From NCBI GenBank assembly GCA_031416075.1, contig JANOSY010000031.1, positions 1 to 64,000 on the forward strand: DNA of 64,000 bases, written 5' to 3'. Positions 35,234 to 44,808 of the stretch are shown in pieces. The DNA comes from Candidatus Tenderia sp. (lineage in GTDB: Bacteria > Pseudomonadota > Gammaproteobacteria > Tenderiales > Tenderiaceae). The notes beneath the pieces are model-generated. The model had not been told where the DNA came from. It was given only the letters and a program-made list of their open reading frames with translations, and ran no database searches. The position numbers and the translations under genes were made by a program. Positions within the stretch are counted from its first letter, which is position 1. Every line of letters begins with the position of its first letter.

Positions 35234-36019
35234 CCTTATATAATGAGCGACCGGTTCATCGCTCAAACGCCTGCCTCCACACCACGCAAACAAAACTCCA
35301 CCCATCGACAGCGTCCAGACCACTACCGCGCCCGAAGGGAGATCAAACACGGCAGAGAGCACCAGCCCAACGGCATAGCCCAGTACACCTACGCTGTAAC
35401 CCACCATGAGTTGACGGCGTGCCACATGGAAACGGCTGGCCAGCGCCGGGATGATAAGGCTAGCAAAGACCAGATAGACCCCCACCAGCTGTACCGACAC
35501 CGTCACCACCACGGCAAACAGCGCATAAAACCCAATCACCCCAAGCCTGTCGCGCAGACCAAACCAGAGCACCAGTACCACTACCGTCAACAAGGCAAAG
35601 GGCAGCAGCTGTGTGTAGTTAACCCACAGAATCTGCCCCACCAGCAGCTCCTTAAGCTGTTCACCACCATGAGGATTATTGGCCAGCAGCAACATGCCAG
35701 CACAGGCGGCCAATACAAATAGCACACCGATCAGCGCCTCCTGGATCTCGGGCCACCGTTTTTCGGTGAAGGTCAGCAGCAACGCCCCCAGCAGTGCTGC
35801 CGTGACGGCAGAGAGTTGTACTGCAAACCCTTGCGGCCCCCACCCCAAGGCATCCGCCACAATCACCCCCAGCCCGGCAATCTGGGCGATGGCAAGATCG
35901 ATAAAGACAATGCCACGCGCCAACACCTGCTGCCCCAGCGGTACATGGCTGGCCAGCACCAGCAGCCCCGCGCAAAAGGCGGGGCCGAGGATGGCAACAT
36001 CTAACCCGTCCAGATTCAT
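35219..36019 (-). CDS. Zn/Mn ABC transporter permease (second system)
   Basis: 'HVPLG.QVL.RGIVFIDLAIAQIA', 'VQLVGVYLVFASLIIPA'. Confidence 0.85.
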   Translation of the reverse strand: MNLDGLDVAILGPAFCAGLLVLASHVPLGQQVLARGIVFIDLAIAQIAGLGVIVADALGWGPQGFAVQLSAVTAALLGALLLTFTEKRWPEIQEALIGVLFVLAACAGMLLLANNPHGGEQLKELLVGQILWVNYTQLLPFALLTVVVLVLWFGLRDRLGVIGFYALFAVVVTVSVQLVGVYLVFASLIIPALASRFHVARRQLMVGYSVGVLGYAVGLVLSAVFDLPSGAVVVWTLSMGGVLFAWCGGRRLSDEPVAHYIRSDHH

Positions 36020-36921
36020 TTCAGCGCTGCCAACAGACGTTGCACCGTGTCATCAAACAGACCAAACAGATCCTTGGCCTGACCTGAGCCACCGACAGTG
36101 CCCGGCAACATCACCGCTGGAGTCTTGGCCCGCTCACTCAACCACTCGGAGGGGCGGGCGCTGTTGTACGGCGTACGCAAAACCATTCGTGCCGGTTGCC
36201 GCTGCAACTGCTCCAGCACTCCGGCAAGATGGCTGCTGCTCGGTTGCACACCCGGTTTGGGTTCGAGCTGCGCCACCTGAACCAGCCCCAGCCAGTTTTC
36301 AAGATAGGCGAAGTAGTTGTGGTGGACCACCACCGCTACACCACGTAGCGGTGCGGCCTCCCGCTCCCAGCGCTTCATTGCCGCATCCCAACGCGCCGCA
36401 AAATCGCGGTAACGTGTCTGATAATGGAGTGCATTGACCGGGTCGATCTCAGCCAGTCGTTGCGCCAACGCCGCTGCAATACGGGCAATGTTGCGTGGGT
36501 CAGTCTGGATATGTGGATTGCCCGACGCGTGAATATCACCGGCGGCACGATCAAGCTCTGTCGCAACACCTACCCGCTGCACATGCCTGGCGGCCTCAAA
36601 ATAACCGGGCCTGCCGGGCTGGATGACAGCGTTACCCGCTTGCTGCAATACCAGCGGTAACCATGCCGCTTCAAGTTCCGCACCACTGCAGACCAACAGG
36701 TTGGCGCGCCGCGCCTGTGCCAGCAGGCTGGGTCTGGCCTGGACCTGATGTGGATCCTGCATCGCATTAGTGGCGACGTAGATCGAGAGCCGATCACCGC
36801 CCAGCTCCTGCGCCAGCGCACCCCACTCCGGTTCACAGGCAAAGAGGTTGAGCGCCGCTGCATTGGCAGAGAAGATTAGCGCTGTCACGCACATAGAAAA
36901 TACAGTTAGAATTTTTTTCAT
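36016..36921 (-). CDS. Zn/Mn ABC transporter substrate-binding protein (second system)
   Basis: 'QDPHQVQARPS', 'GDIHASGNPH', 'LEPKPG..PS..HL'; RBS GGAG before MKKIL. Confidence 0.88.
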   Translation of the reverse strand: MKKILTVFSMCVTALIFSANAAALNLFACEPEWGALAQELGGDRLSIYVATNAMQDPHQVQARPSLLAQARRANLLVCSGAELEAAWLPLVLQQAGNAVIQPGRPGYFEAARHVQRVGVATELDRAAGDIHASGNPHIQTDPRNIARIAAALAQRLAEIDPVNALHYQTRYRDFAARWDAAMKRWEREAAPLRGVAVVVHHNYFAYLENWLGLVQVAQLEPKPGVQPSSSHLAGVLEQLQRQPARMVLRTPYNSARPSEWLSERAKTPAVMLPGTVGGSGQAKDLFGLFDDTVQRLLAALK

Positions 36922-36939
36922 AATAGTTGCTCCTGACAA

Positions 36940-38226
36940 TCAGAATTGATGGCTGCCGTGAGCACCCAGGCTCATGTGGTATTGGAGAAACGCCTGATTA
37001 TCGGTGAGATCCTGACGCGACTTGTCCTGCGTAAACTGCAGGCGGATGCGGCCAAACTCACTCGGACGGTAATCCACCATCACACTCTGCTTCGACGGGT
37101 TGAAACTTGGTGCTGCCATATTGGCGCTGTTGGCACCATATTCCAACGTGCCAACATTAAGACGTTCACCGCGCAGCCCCACACGCCAGTTGGGCATAAA
37201 CTGATAGATGCTCTGGAGATACCAGCCGGACTGTTTGGCATCATAGGCTGCGGTATTGTCGCTGCCACCCACATCGTAGGTCAGCTCACCACTCTCATTG
37301 CGATGCAGATACTCCCCCTGCAATTTGAAATTGCTGTAGGCGGCGTTACCGCTGGGGGCGTACTTCCAGACAAAATCAGCAATCCAGAGACGACTGTCAC
37401 CGCTGAAGCTGTTGGTCACCTCAGCATCGACCAGATCAACATCAGATACCTCACGCCCCTGCGCCACACTACTCAACATGGAGAGGCCGGCACGCCAGCT
37501 ATTGCTGATCCCCACGTCACCGCCAAAATGGGCAAAAAAGGCCGCCGCGCCGCTGCCATTTTTGTCGCGCTCACTGGCAGGAAACCCCGAGCCGCGCATA
37601 GCCTCCACACCAATCTCAACAAAAGTTTCAGTAGGGGCCAGCCACTTCAGCTGCACACCATCATCACCATACTGCCCGCCCAACAGCGTCTGATAGACCA
37701 GTGGCGCATCGACAAAATCCCAAGCGTGCGGATGTTGCACATTGAGGTAACCAATACCGGAGAAGAGCCTCCCCGCCTTGATGCTGAGGCCATGCGAAAG
37801 CGCGATAGTCTGGATGTACCCCTCCTCCAGCTCCACCTCGCCCTCCGACGTTAATACCAGCGCGAGATTACCAAAGAGATAGGGGTCGATATTGGCGGAA
37901 ATAACCAGCTCACTTTCACCCAGACTGAAACCACGACCGCCCGGCCCGGTCTCGCTATCCTCCGGCAAGGCAAAACCGCCGATGCGATAACCCTCCGGTG
38001 ATTGGGAGAGATTGGTATATAACCCGGAAAGGATTAGCGCGATGACGGGGTTGAAGGCGTTTGCCGATGATGCGGGCACTTTCACTAACAACTCATTTTC
38101 AAAACGTTCAAGCCGCTGTTCAAACGCCTGCAACCGTTGATCGTCACTCCCCGCAGCGACCTCCGCTGCCACCACCGCACCAGAAAACAGCGCCAAAGCC
38201 GCTACACTCAACTTGTAATGAAACAT
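36940..38226 (-). CDS. Outer-membrane beta-barrel metal receptor/porin (Zn-regulated type)
   Basis: Signal peptide, 'NAFNP.I..IL', 'GYLN.QHPHAWDF.D.PL', C-terminal 'LGAHGSHQF'. Confidence 0.8.
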   Translation of the reverse strand: MFHYKLSVAALALFSGAVVAAEVAAGSDDQRLQAFEQRLERFENELLVKVPASSANAFNPVIALILSGLYTNLSQSPEGYRIGGFALPEDSETGPGGRGFSLGESELVISANIDPYLFGNLALVLTSEGEVELEEGYIQTIALSHGLSIKAGRLFSGIGYLNVQHPHAWDFVDAPLVYQTLLGGQYGDDGVQLKWLAPTETFVEIGVEAMRGSGFPASERDKNGSGAAAFFAHFGGDVGISNSWRAGLSMLSSVAQGREVSDVDLVDAEVTNSFSGDSRLWIADFVWKYAPSGNAAYSNFKLQGEYLHRNESGELTYDVGGSDNTAAYDAKQSGWYLQSIYQFMPNWRVGLRGERLNVGTLEYGANSANMAAPSFNPSKQSVMVDYRPSEFGRIRLQFTQDKSRQDLTDNQAFLQYHMSLGAHGSHQF

Positions 38227-38320
38227 AAATACTCCCTACGCAAGAATAGATTTAACCGAGCCATGTCGGCTCATCACCATGGCAACAGCCACGGCGACCT
38301 AGATAAAGATGAAATCGGAG

Positions 38321-38602
38321 TTAAAACGAGACGTTAACGGGAGGCGCGCGGGCACTATAAAAATCGCTGGCAATGGAAGCCTGTAACCACGTAACAGGCT
38401 GGAATAGAGTAACCTCATCAGCACGCAGCAGTGCAAATGAGAAGGTTCCGACGACCACACTGGCCAGTGGCGTTCCATGGAGGCAGACAGAGCAGCTGGC
38501 CCCCTCTTTATGGGCAGAAAAATCATACTCGTGGACAAGCAGAGTCGCCTGCCCCAAGAGCAGCGACAGCGCCAATACCAGGCTAGAGAGGCGTTGCATC
38601 AT
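38321..38602 (-). CDS. DUF2946-like leader protein with CxxC and RAPP motifs
   Basis: N-terminal hydrophobic segment, His residues, 'CSVC', C-terminal 'ARAPP' (RAPP at 38339-38350); directly upstream of the OM receptor. Confidence 0.72.
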   Translation of the reverse strand: MMQRLSSLVLALSLLLGQATLLVHEYDFSAHKEGASCSVCLHGTPLASVVVGTFSFALLRADEVTLFQPVTWLQASIASDFYSARAPPVNVSF

Positions 38603-38623
38603 TCACACCGTCAACAAAACAGA

Positions 38624-39538
38624 TCACCGTAAACATCCCGCCAGATTTTGCGCCAAGCCACGCATCAGCTTGAAATAGAGATCCGGCCCCGGTTGTAAGC
38701 CGCTGCCAATACCATCCAGTACACCGCTTTTTATCCCAGTGCCAGCCGTCACCAGCTGTACAGCGGCGGCAGAGTATTGCGGCTCACTAAAGATACAGCG
38801 CACCTGCTGCTGTTTGACCATGGTACTGATTTCGCTCAACCGTTTAGCACCCGGTTTATGCTCCGCATCAACACTAATCGCGCCAGCGGCACGCAGTTTG
38901 AAACGATCTTCAAAGTAGTGGTAGCCGTCATGAAATACCAGATAAGGAACAGTACGTACCGGCGTTAGGGTGGCATCAATCTCTCGGGTGAGTTCATCGA
39001 GCTGCTGTAATAGTACTGTACTGTTACGGCGATACTGCACCGTGTGGCCGGGATCAATCTCACTCAGCCTTGCTGCCACCGCTGTCACAATGACCTTGGC
39101 ATTAGTGGTATCCAGCCAGAGATGGCCATCCATCTCCCCTGCCCCGTGATCATGCAGTGAATGCTCATGCGCCTGCCAGAATCCACCACTGCGACTGGGT
39201 AGCAGCGCCATACCCGGCAGTGTCACCAGCTTGATCACCCGTTGGTCGCTGTTGATAGAGCGCAAGGTACGAGGCATAAAGCTCTCCACACTCTCGCCAT
39301 TCCAGACAATCAGGTCAGCACGTTGCAACGCCTTGATCTGGGATGGTTTGAGCATGTAACTGTGGGGCGATGCTGCGCCGCTGATCAGCAGCTCCGGCGT
39401 TGTGACCCCCGCCATCACAGCGGCGACCAGTGAATGTATCGGGGCGATGCTCACCACCACTCGCGGACCTTCGGCAGCCTGCAGTGGCAACACTACCAGC
39501 AGCGTTAACACACCTATAATAGAGAGACGACAAAACAT
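38624..39538 (-). CDS. znuA: Zinc ABC transporter substrate-binding protein
   Basis: 'VVVSIAPIHSLV', 'SPHSY.LKPS', His loop 'HEHSLHDH', 'DGHLWL', 'VFHDGY.YFE'. Confidence 0.9.
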   Translation of the reverse strand: MFCRLSIIGVLTLLVVLPLQAAEGPRVVVSIAPIHSLVAAVMAGVTTPELLISGAASPHSYMLKPSQIKALQRADLIVWNGESVESFMPRTLRSINSDQRVIKLVTLPGMALLPSRSGGFWQAHEHSLHDHGAGEMDGHLWLDTTNAKVIVTAVAARLSEIDPGHTVQYRRNSTVLLQQLDELTREIDATLTPVRTVPYLVFHDGYHYFEDRFKLRAAGAISVDAEHKPGAKRLSEISTMVKQQQVRCIFSEPQYSAAAVQLVTAGTGIKSGVLDGIGSGLQPGPDLYFKLMRGLAQNLAGCLR

Positions 39539-39563
39539 CGATTATCAGCAGCCTTGAATGATT

Positions 39564-39586
39564 GATATGTTATAGTATAACAACTT
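39564..39586. promoter_or_regulatory. Zur box
   Basis: Perfect palindrome TGTTATA-G-TATAACA (39568-39582) between divergent znuA and zur. Confidence 0.88.
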
Positions 39587-39608
39587 CCACCATTAATATA
39601 GCTACGTC

Positions 39609-40103
39609 ATGCCTAAAATCACTGACCAACGCTTCACCCCGCACGACCACCGCCGCTGCATCAAAGCAGCCATGGAGGAGGCGATACGCATCTGTCATGA
39701 ACGGAATGGCCGCCTCACCGAGCAGCGCAAACGGGTACTGGAGCTAGTATGGAGCAGCCATCAGCCCATCGGCGCATATACCATTCTCGAACAGCTGCGT
39801 GGCGAAGGGTTTAATGGTGCCCCCCCCACGGTCTACCGCGCCCTGGAGTTTCTGCTCGATCATGGTTTGATCCATCGCATCGAAAGCCTTAACGCCTACA
39901 CCGGTTGCTCCCACCCGGGTGATGAACATACAGGGCAGTTTCTAATCTGCTCCCGCTGTCATGAGGTGGCTGAACTGGATGATCCCGCCGTCAGTCGTGC
40001 CATCACCCACAGCAGCGCCAGCATCGGTTTTGCCGCGGCCCATCAGGTGATTGAAATTCGTGGCCTCTGCTCCCACTGTCAGGCACTACCCCATGACCAA
40101 TAA
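39609..40103 (+). CDS. zur: Zinc uptake regulator
   Basis: Fur fold: 'RLT.QR..VL', 'PPTVYRAL.FL', 'HRIES.NAY', two CxxC motifs. Confidence 0.93.
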   Translation: MPKITDQRFTPHDHRRCIKAAMEEAIRICHERNGRLTEQRKRVLELVWSSHQPIGAYTILEQLRGEGFNGAPPTVYRALEFLLDHGLIHRIESLNAYTGCSHPGDEHTGQFLICSRCHEVAELDDPAVSRAITHSSASIGFAAAHQVIEIRGLCSHCQALPHDQ

Positions 40104-40878
40104 CCACGAACCGCTGCTGGAGTGTTCCGGTGTCAGCCTCTCGCTACAAGGCCGGGTAATTCTGGACAATGTGGATCTCACCATCCGTCGTGGCGAAATC
40201 ACCACCCTAATCGGCCCCAACGGCGCGGGCAAATCCACCCTGGTACGGGTGGCACTGGGATTGATGAAACCAGACCGTGGCAGCGTCAACATCGCCGCCG
40301 GCACCTGTATCGGTTATATGCCACAACGGCTCACCATCGACCCGGTACTGCCACTCACAGTGCAGCGCTTTTTAACCCTGGCCAGCCATCACCCCAAAAG
40401 CAGATTGCTTGAAACCTTGAACGAGACCGGTGCCGCGCACCTGCTCGACTCGCCGATGCAGACACTCTCCGGCGGCGAAACACAACGGGTACTACTGGCG
40501 CGGGCCATGCTGCGGAACCCCACACTATTAATATTGGATGAACCGGTACAAGGGGTAGATATCACCGGTCAGGAGGAGCTGTACCGCCTGATTGGCAACA
40601 TTCGCCAACGCCACCACTGTGGTATTTTAATGATCTCTCACGATCTGCATCTGGTGATGAGCGCCACAGATCAAGTGCTCTGCCTCAACCGCCACGTCTG
40701 CTGCTCCGGCCACCCCGACAGCGTTCGCAACGACCCCAGCTACGTAGCATTGTTTGGTCAATCCGGGGCTAAAACACCCATATTAATGCCGTACAACCAC
40801 CACCATGACCACAGCCACGACGTACACGGCGATGTTGTGGCGGACAAAAATCAACACAAAGGGTGCAACCATGGATGA
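40093..40878 (+). CDS. znuC: Zinc ABC transporter ATPase
   Basis: 'GPNGAGKS', 'LSGGE.QR', 'LDEPVQGVD', His-rich tail. Confidence 0.93.
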   Translation: MTNNHEPLLECSGVSLSLQGRVILDNVDLTIRRGEITTLIGPNGAGKSTLVRVALGLMKPDRGSVNIAAGTCIGYMPQRLTIDPVLPLTVQRFLTLASHHPKSRLLETLNETGAAHLLDSPMQTLSGGETQRVLLARAMLRNPTLLILDEPVQGVDITGQEELYRLIGNIRQRHHCGILMISHDLHLVMSATDQVLCLNRHVCCSGHPDSVRNDPSYVALFGQSGAKTPILMPYNHHHDHSHDVHGDVVADKNQHKGCNHG

Positions 40879-41677
40879 TTTTCTGCTGCGCGCCCTGCTT
40901 GCGGGACTTGGCGTCGCACTGATCGCCGGACCACTCGGCAGCTTTGTGGTCTGGCGGCGCATGGCCTATTTTGGCGATACCCTCGCCCACGCTGCACTGC
41001 TTGGGGTGGCGCTCGGTTTTCTGCTGGAGTTCAACGCCAACATTGGTGTGATTGTGGTCTGCGTAATTCTCGCGCTGCTGCTAGTGGCGCTACAGCAGCA
41101 GCGCCGCCTTGCCAGCGACACCTTGCTGGGTATTCTCTCCCATACCACCCTCTCCCTCGGACTGATCGCTATTGCCTCCATGGAGACCCTACGTATCGAC
41201 CTGATGAGCTATCTGTTTGGCGATATTCTGACCGTCAATACCACTGATCTCTACTGGATATGGGGCTGTGCCATCATCGCGCTAGCAGTACTCATCAAAA
41301 TCTGGCGGCCACTGCTCGCCATCACCGTACATGAAGAGCTGGCACAGGTTGAAGGGGTACCTGTCACCCGAATCAGATTGATGTTGATGTTACTGATGGC
41401 GCTGGTGATTGCCGTGGCTATGAAGGTGGTGGGCATATTGTTAATCACCTCACTGCTGATCATCCCCGCCGCCACCGCCCGCACCTTCGCCCGCAATCCG
41501 GAACAGATGGCCCTATTTGCCGCACTCATCGGCAGCATCGCTGTAAGTGGTGGCCTCGGTGCCTCACTTAAGTGGGATCTACCGGCAGGGCCTGCCATCG
41601 TTGTCAGTGCCGCCATCCTCTTTTTTATTAGCCACCTCTGGTGGAGTCGCCGTGCTCAGGCCAGCGGGGCCATTTAA
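40871..41677 (+). CDS. znuB: Zinc ABC transporter permease
   Basis: 'GPLGSFVVWRRMAYFGDTLAH', 'YLFGDIL'. Confidence 0.94.
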   Translation: MDDFLLRALLAGLGVALIAGPLGSFVVWRRMAYFGDTLAHAALLGVALGFLLEFNANIGVIVVCVILALLLVALQQQRRLASDTLLGILSHTTLSLGLIAIASMETLRIDLMSYLFGDILTVNTTDLYWIWGCAIIALAVLIKIWRPLLAITVHEELAQVEGVPVTRIRLMLMLLMALVIAVAMKVVGILLITSLLIIPAATARTFARNPEQMALFAALIGSIAVSGGLGASLKWDLPAGPAIVVSAAILFFISHLWWSRRAQASGAI

Positions 41678-41724
41678 GGCATGGCCTTCACCATGCCCAC
41701 TCAATCCCATGCCGTAAGTCAACC

Positions 41725-42396
41725 ATGAATCCTTGGGAACTGCTCGACAGCTGCAGCGTATCCGGGGAGGGTGGCGAGATGCGCCTCTACCGTCGTGATC
41801 AGGAGTACTCCATTCGAACCGGAAATCAAGAGTTGATGAATAGCCGCGTCCACGGCTCCGAAGAGGCACTGGCCGAACTGGCTTGCAAACGGGTCAACAC
41901 CCGCCCACAACCGCGCATCCTGATCGGTGGACTTGGCATGGGGTATACACTCGCCGCCGCACTCAACAATCTGGGCGCAACCGCCGAAGTGGGCATCGCA
42001 GAGCTGGTACCTGCGGTCATAAAGTGGAACCAGACGCTATTGGGGCCATTGGCGGGCACACCATTAAACGATAAACGGGTGACGCTGTTTGAAGGTGATG
42101 TTGGCAAACTGATCCGCAGTCAAAAGAACAACTACGACGCCATCCTGCTCGATGTCGACAACGGCCCCGAAGGGCTAACCCGCAAAGAGAACAACAGCCT
42201 CTACAGCCCCACAGGGCTCAGCGCCGCCGCCGCCGCACTTCGACCCGGCGGCATTTTTGCCGTCTGGTCCATCACACCCGACTCGGCCTTTACCAAAAAA
42301 TTGCAACGTGCAAGATTTAACGTGGAAGAGGTACGGGCACGGGCACGAGGTAACCGTGGTGCACGCCATATGATCTGGCTTGGCAGCAAACGTTAA
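41725..42396 (+). CDS. Spermidine synthase-like SAM-dependent transferase
   Basis: 'ELMNSRVHGSEEALA', 'LIGGLGMGYTL', 'ILLDVDNGP'. Confidence 0.8.
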   Translation: MNPWELLDSCSVSGEGGEMRLYRRDQEYSIRTGNQELMNSRVHGSEEALAELACKRVNTRPQPRILIGGLGMGYTLAAALNNLGATAEVGIAELVPAVIKWNQTLLGPLAGTPLNDKRVTLFEGDVGKLIRSQKNNYDAILLDVDNGPEGLTRKENNSLYSPTGLSAAAAALRPGGIFAVWSITPDSAFTKKLQRARFNVEEVRARARGNRGARHMIWLGSKR

Positions 42397-42464
42397 CCGC
42401 GTGCAGCTATTACGATAAAAATACCCCGCTTTTTTTACACTACCCGCCTCCGCAGATAATAACC

Positions 42465-43148
42465 TCAATAGTCATCACACACCGTTGCTAAAAAGTCCTG
42501 CAACGTACGCCCCACGGTTGACTCATAACGCTCCGTTAACAGCACCACCGCCTCCATACGATCCAGCCTGAAGTGGCGAAACTCATCCCTCAGTTCACAC
42601 CAGGCAACCAAGGTCCACACCCTCCCCCAATAGAACAGTCCCAATGGATGCACAATGCGATTGGAGTGCTGCCCATCGGCACGTACATAATCAAAACTGA
42701 CCTTGCGTTGTAACCGCGCCGCATCACGCAGCAGCGGCATATGCAGCCCCGCCTGGGTATTCATTGAAAAATCGGGAACTATAATCTGCTGGCGGCCCAA
42801 CTCTGGCTTCAACCGTTCAGGTACAACCGCTTCGATCTTTTTCAATACCTGGGTGGCCGCTGCTGCCATCTGTTGATCTGTCCACGCCTGCACCATACGC
42901 ACACCCAACAACAGCGCCTCCAGCTCCTGCACCGTAAACATCAGCGGTGGCAGCTGAAACCCTTTCATCAATTTGTAGCCAACACCCGCCTCACCCACAA
43001 TAGGTACGCCGTTCAGGCAGAGGTCCTGGATATCACGATAGATGGTGCGTTCAGAGACTTGCAACAGCTCTGCAAGTGTACGGGCAGTGGTCACACGCTC
43101 ATGGTGCAACTGCTGAACAAGTTGAAAAAGGCGGTCAGCACGGCGCAT
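42465..43148 (-). CDS. YafY family HTH-WYL transcriptional regulator
   Basis: 'MRRADRLFQ', 'VSERTIYRDI', 'WTLVAWCELR..FR.FRLDR'. Confidence 0.92.
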   Translation of the reverse strand: MRRADRLFQLVQQLHHERVTTARTLAELLQVSERTIYRDIQDLCLNGVPIVGEAGVGYKLMKGFQLPPLMFTVQELEALLLGVRMVQAWTDQQMAAAATQVLKKIEAVVPERLKPELGRQQIIVPDFSMNTQAGLHMPLLRDAARLQRKVSFDYVRADGQHSNRIVHPLGLFYWGRVWTLVAWCELRDEFRHFRLDRMEAVVLLTERYESTVGRTLQDFLATVCDDY

Positions 43149-43152
43149 TTAA

Positions 43153-43839
43153 TTAATAGTTAAACGCCAGAGACTTACATAAAAAACGCATCAGCGGGTC
43201 CGCCGTAACAAAGCTATCCACCACTGTTGCCAGCAGTTTTTTACCGGTGACGTCACTCTCTTTCAATGGTGCAATGGCGATAAAGTCCTTACGTTTCAGA
43301 TCATCAATGAGGGCATGATCCTTTGCATAACCTCGTGGTGCGTTTACAAGTGCATCACCTTCGAGCTTGAATCTTTTTTTAAACGCCGGGTTCTCTTTAG
43401 CCTTCACCCACTCTTTGTCATTCTCAACAATCGCATCACGAATCTTGCCCAACGTCAACGCATCGGGGTGCCAGATGCCTGCACCAACAAAACAGCCATC
43501 TGTCTCAATATGTAGATAAAACCCCGGGGCATGCACATCCTTACCCAACTGGTGCCGGAACTGGATGCCAATATTGGTTTTATAGGGACGTTTATCTTTC
43601 CCAAAACGCACATCACGATGTACACGCATCAATGAGCCCCCCACCTTCTTTGACACTGCCAGAAAATGGGGGGATATGGCGGGTAACTCATCCGCCATAT
43701 CTTCAATCAACCTCAATGCCGGTGTGCGGACCACCTCTTCATAGCGCGACTTATTCTCCATAAACCAGTCACGATGATTATTCGCCGCCAGTTCACGCAA
43801 AAAATCAAATGTCGCCGCTGAAAAGTAGTGCCCCGCCAT
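43153..43839 (-). CDS. DUF2461 family protein
   Basis: 'FLRELAANN.RDWF..NK.RY', 'R.HRDVRF.KDK.PYK', 'PRGY.KDH..I.DL.RK'. Confidence 0.88.
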   Translation of the reverse strand: MAGHYFSAATFDFLRELAANNHRDWFMENKSRYEEVVRTPALRLIEDMADELPAISPHFLAVSKKVGGSLMRVHRDVRFGKDKRPYKTNIGIQFRHQLGKDVHAPGFYLHIETDGCFVGAGIWHPDALTLGKIRDAIVENDKEWVKAKENPAFKKRFKLEGDALVNAPRGYAKDHALIDDLKRKDFIAIAPLKESDVTGKKLLATVVDSFVTADPLMRFLCKSLAFNY

Positions 43840-43844
43840 ACCCG

Positions 43845-44255
43845 TTACTCCGTATCAAAATAGGTAATCAAAGAGACCGCCGCCCCCTGTGGATCAGTAA
43901 TCACCGAGAAGCGCCCAACATTGGGGATATCCTGCGGCGGCACACAAATCTTACCACCCAACTTCACCACCCTCAAAACCATGGCATCAACATCGTCCAC
44001 TGTAATGTAACTGCCCCATGTCGGCGGCATACCATTGGCCTTCGCCTCTGCGGGAATCTCCATGATACCGGCCCTCTCAACGCCTCCTACCTTGGCCATC
44101 GTATAACTCATGCCCTCGGGCATACAATCTGACTCCATATCGTTCAGCACCCACCCCAGCAGCTCACCATAAAAAGCCTTCGCCCCCTGCACATCCGAGG
44201 TCATTAACTCATTCCAGCTGAATGCACCCTGCGTCTTCATCACTTCTGTTTTCAT
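43845..44255 (-). CDS. VOC/glyoxalase/bleomycin-resistance family protein
   Basis: 'FSWNELMTSD...AKAFY..LLGW', 'W.SY.TVDDVD', 'GRF....DPQGA'; RBS GGAG before ATG 44255. Confidence 0.88.
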   Translation of the reverse strand: MKTEVMKTQGAFSWNELMTSDVQGAKAFYGELLGWVLNDMESDCMPEGMSYTMAKVGGVERAGIMEIPAEAKANGMPPTWGSYITVDDVDAMVLRVVKLGGKICVPPQDIPNVGRFSVITDPQGAAVSLITYFDTE

Positions 44256-44278
44256 ACTCTCCTCCTTGGAGATTTGGT

Positions 44279-44334
44279 TGTCAGGAGCCATCAGTATAGG
44301 CAGCCACTCCTGACAGCGTAGTGTCAGGAGTGGC
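44279..44334. promoter_or_regulatory. Palindromic operator upstream of VOC-DUF2461-yafY
   Basis: gccactcctgaca-N6-tgtcaggagtggc (44303-44334) plus an extra half-site tgtcaggag (44279-44287). Confidence 0.6.
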
Positions 44335-44382
44335 ATAGTGATAAAAAAATATTTTACGCCAACAGCAACAACGCCTGTTCAC

Positions 44383-44709
44383 TCACTGTTCCAATGAAAA
44401 ACCCGACTCCTTCCACCCCTGCTTTCCATCGGTATATTCGAAAACTTTAACATACCCCATCTGCCGCAACTCGGCGGCGGCCTGCTGTGAGTTCTTACAC
44501 AACGCACTTGCACAATACACCACAACCCTCCTGCGTTTATCCGGAATCAACAAAGCCGCTTTATCAGCAACCTCATCCAGCGGAATGTTGATAGCCCCTG
44601 GGATATGCTCAGTATTGTAATAGTGCGCTGGTAGCGCCTCTATCACCACTGGCGCATTATCAGAATTGATCATGCTATATAAATCACTACTCGATATGGA
44701 CTCATTCAT
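44383..44709 (-). CDS. Rhodanese-like domain protein
   Basis: 'HIPGAINIP', 'VVVYC....C..S', 'Y.DGK.GW'. Confidence 0.85.
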   Translation of the reverse strand: MNESISSSDLYSMINSDNAPVVIEALPAHYYNTEHIPGAINIPLDEVADKAALLIPDKRRRVVVYCASALCKNSQQAAAELRQMGYVKVFEYTDGKQGWKESGFSLEQ

Positions 44710-44735
44710 ACTACCCTCCTCACATCATTAATTTA

Positions 44736-44797
44736 GTTGCACATGCAACAACACAAATGTAGCAGCATATAATTGCATTTGCAACCAGATGCAATTA
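44736..44797. promoter_or_regulatory. Candidate MarR operators
   Basis: gttgca-ca-tgcaac (44736-44749) and ttgca-tt-tgcaa (44773-44784) in the divergent intergenic region. Confidence 0.5.
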
Positions 44798-44808
44798 AAC
44801 TTGCGCTA

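Noticed and set aside
36946-37854. Long antisense ORFs (302 aa here; also 13445-14212, 18940-19608, 24073-24720, 35679-36437)
   Set aside because: They lie opposite well-supported genes and carry no domain motifs, as expected for shadow frames.
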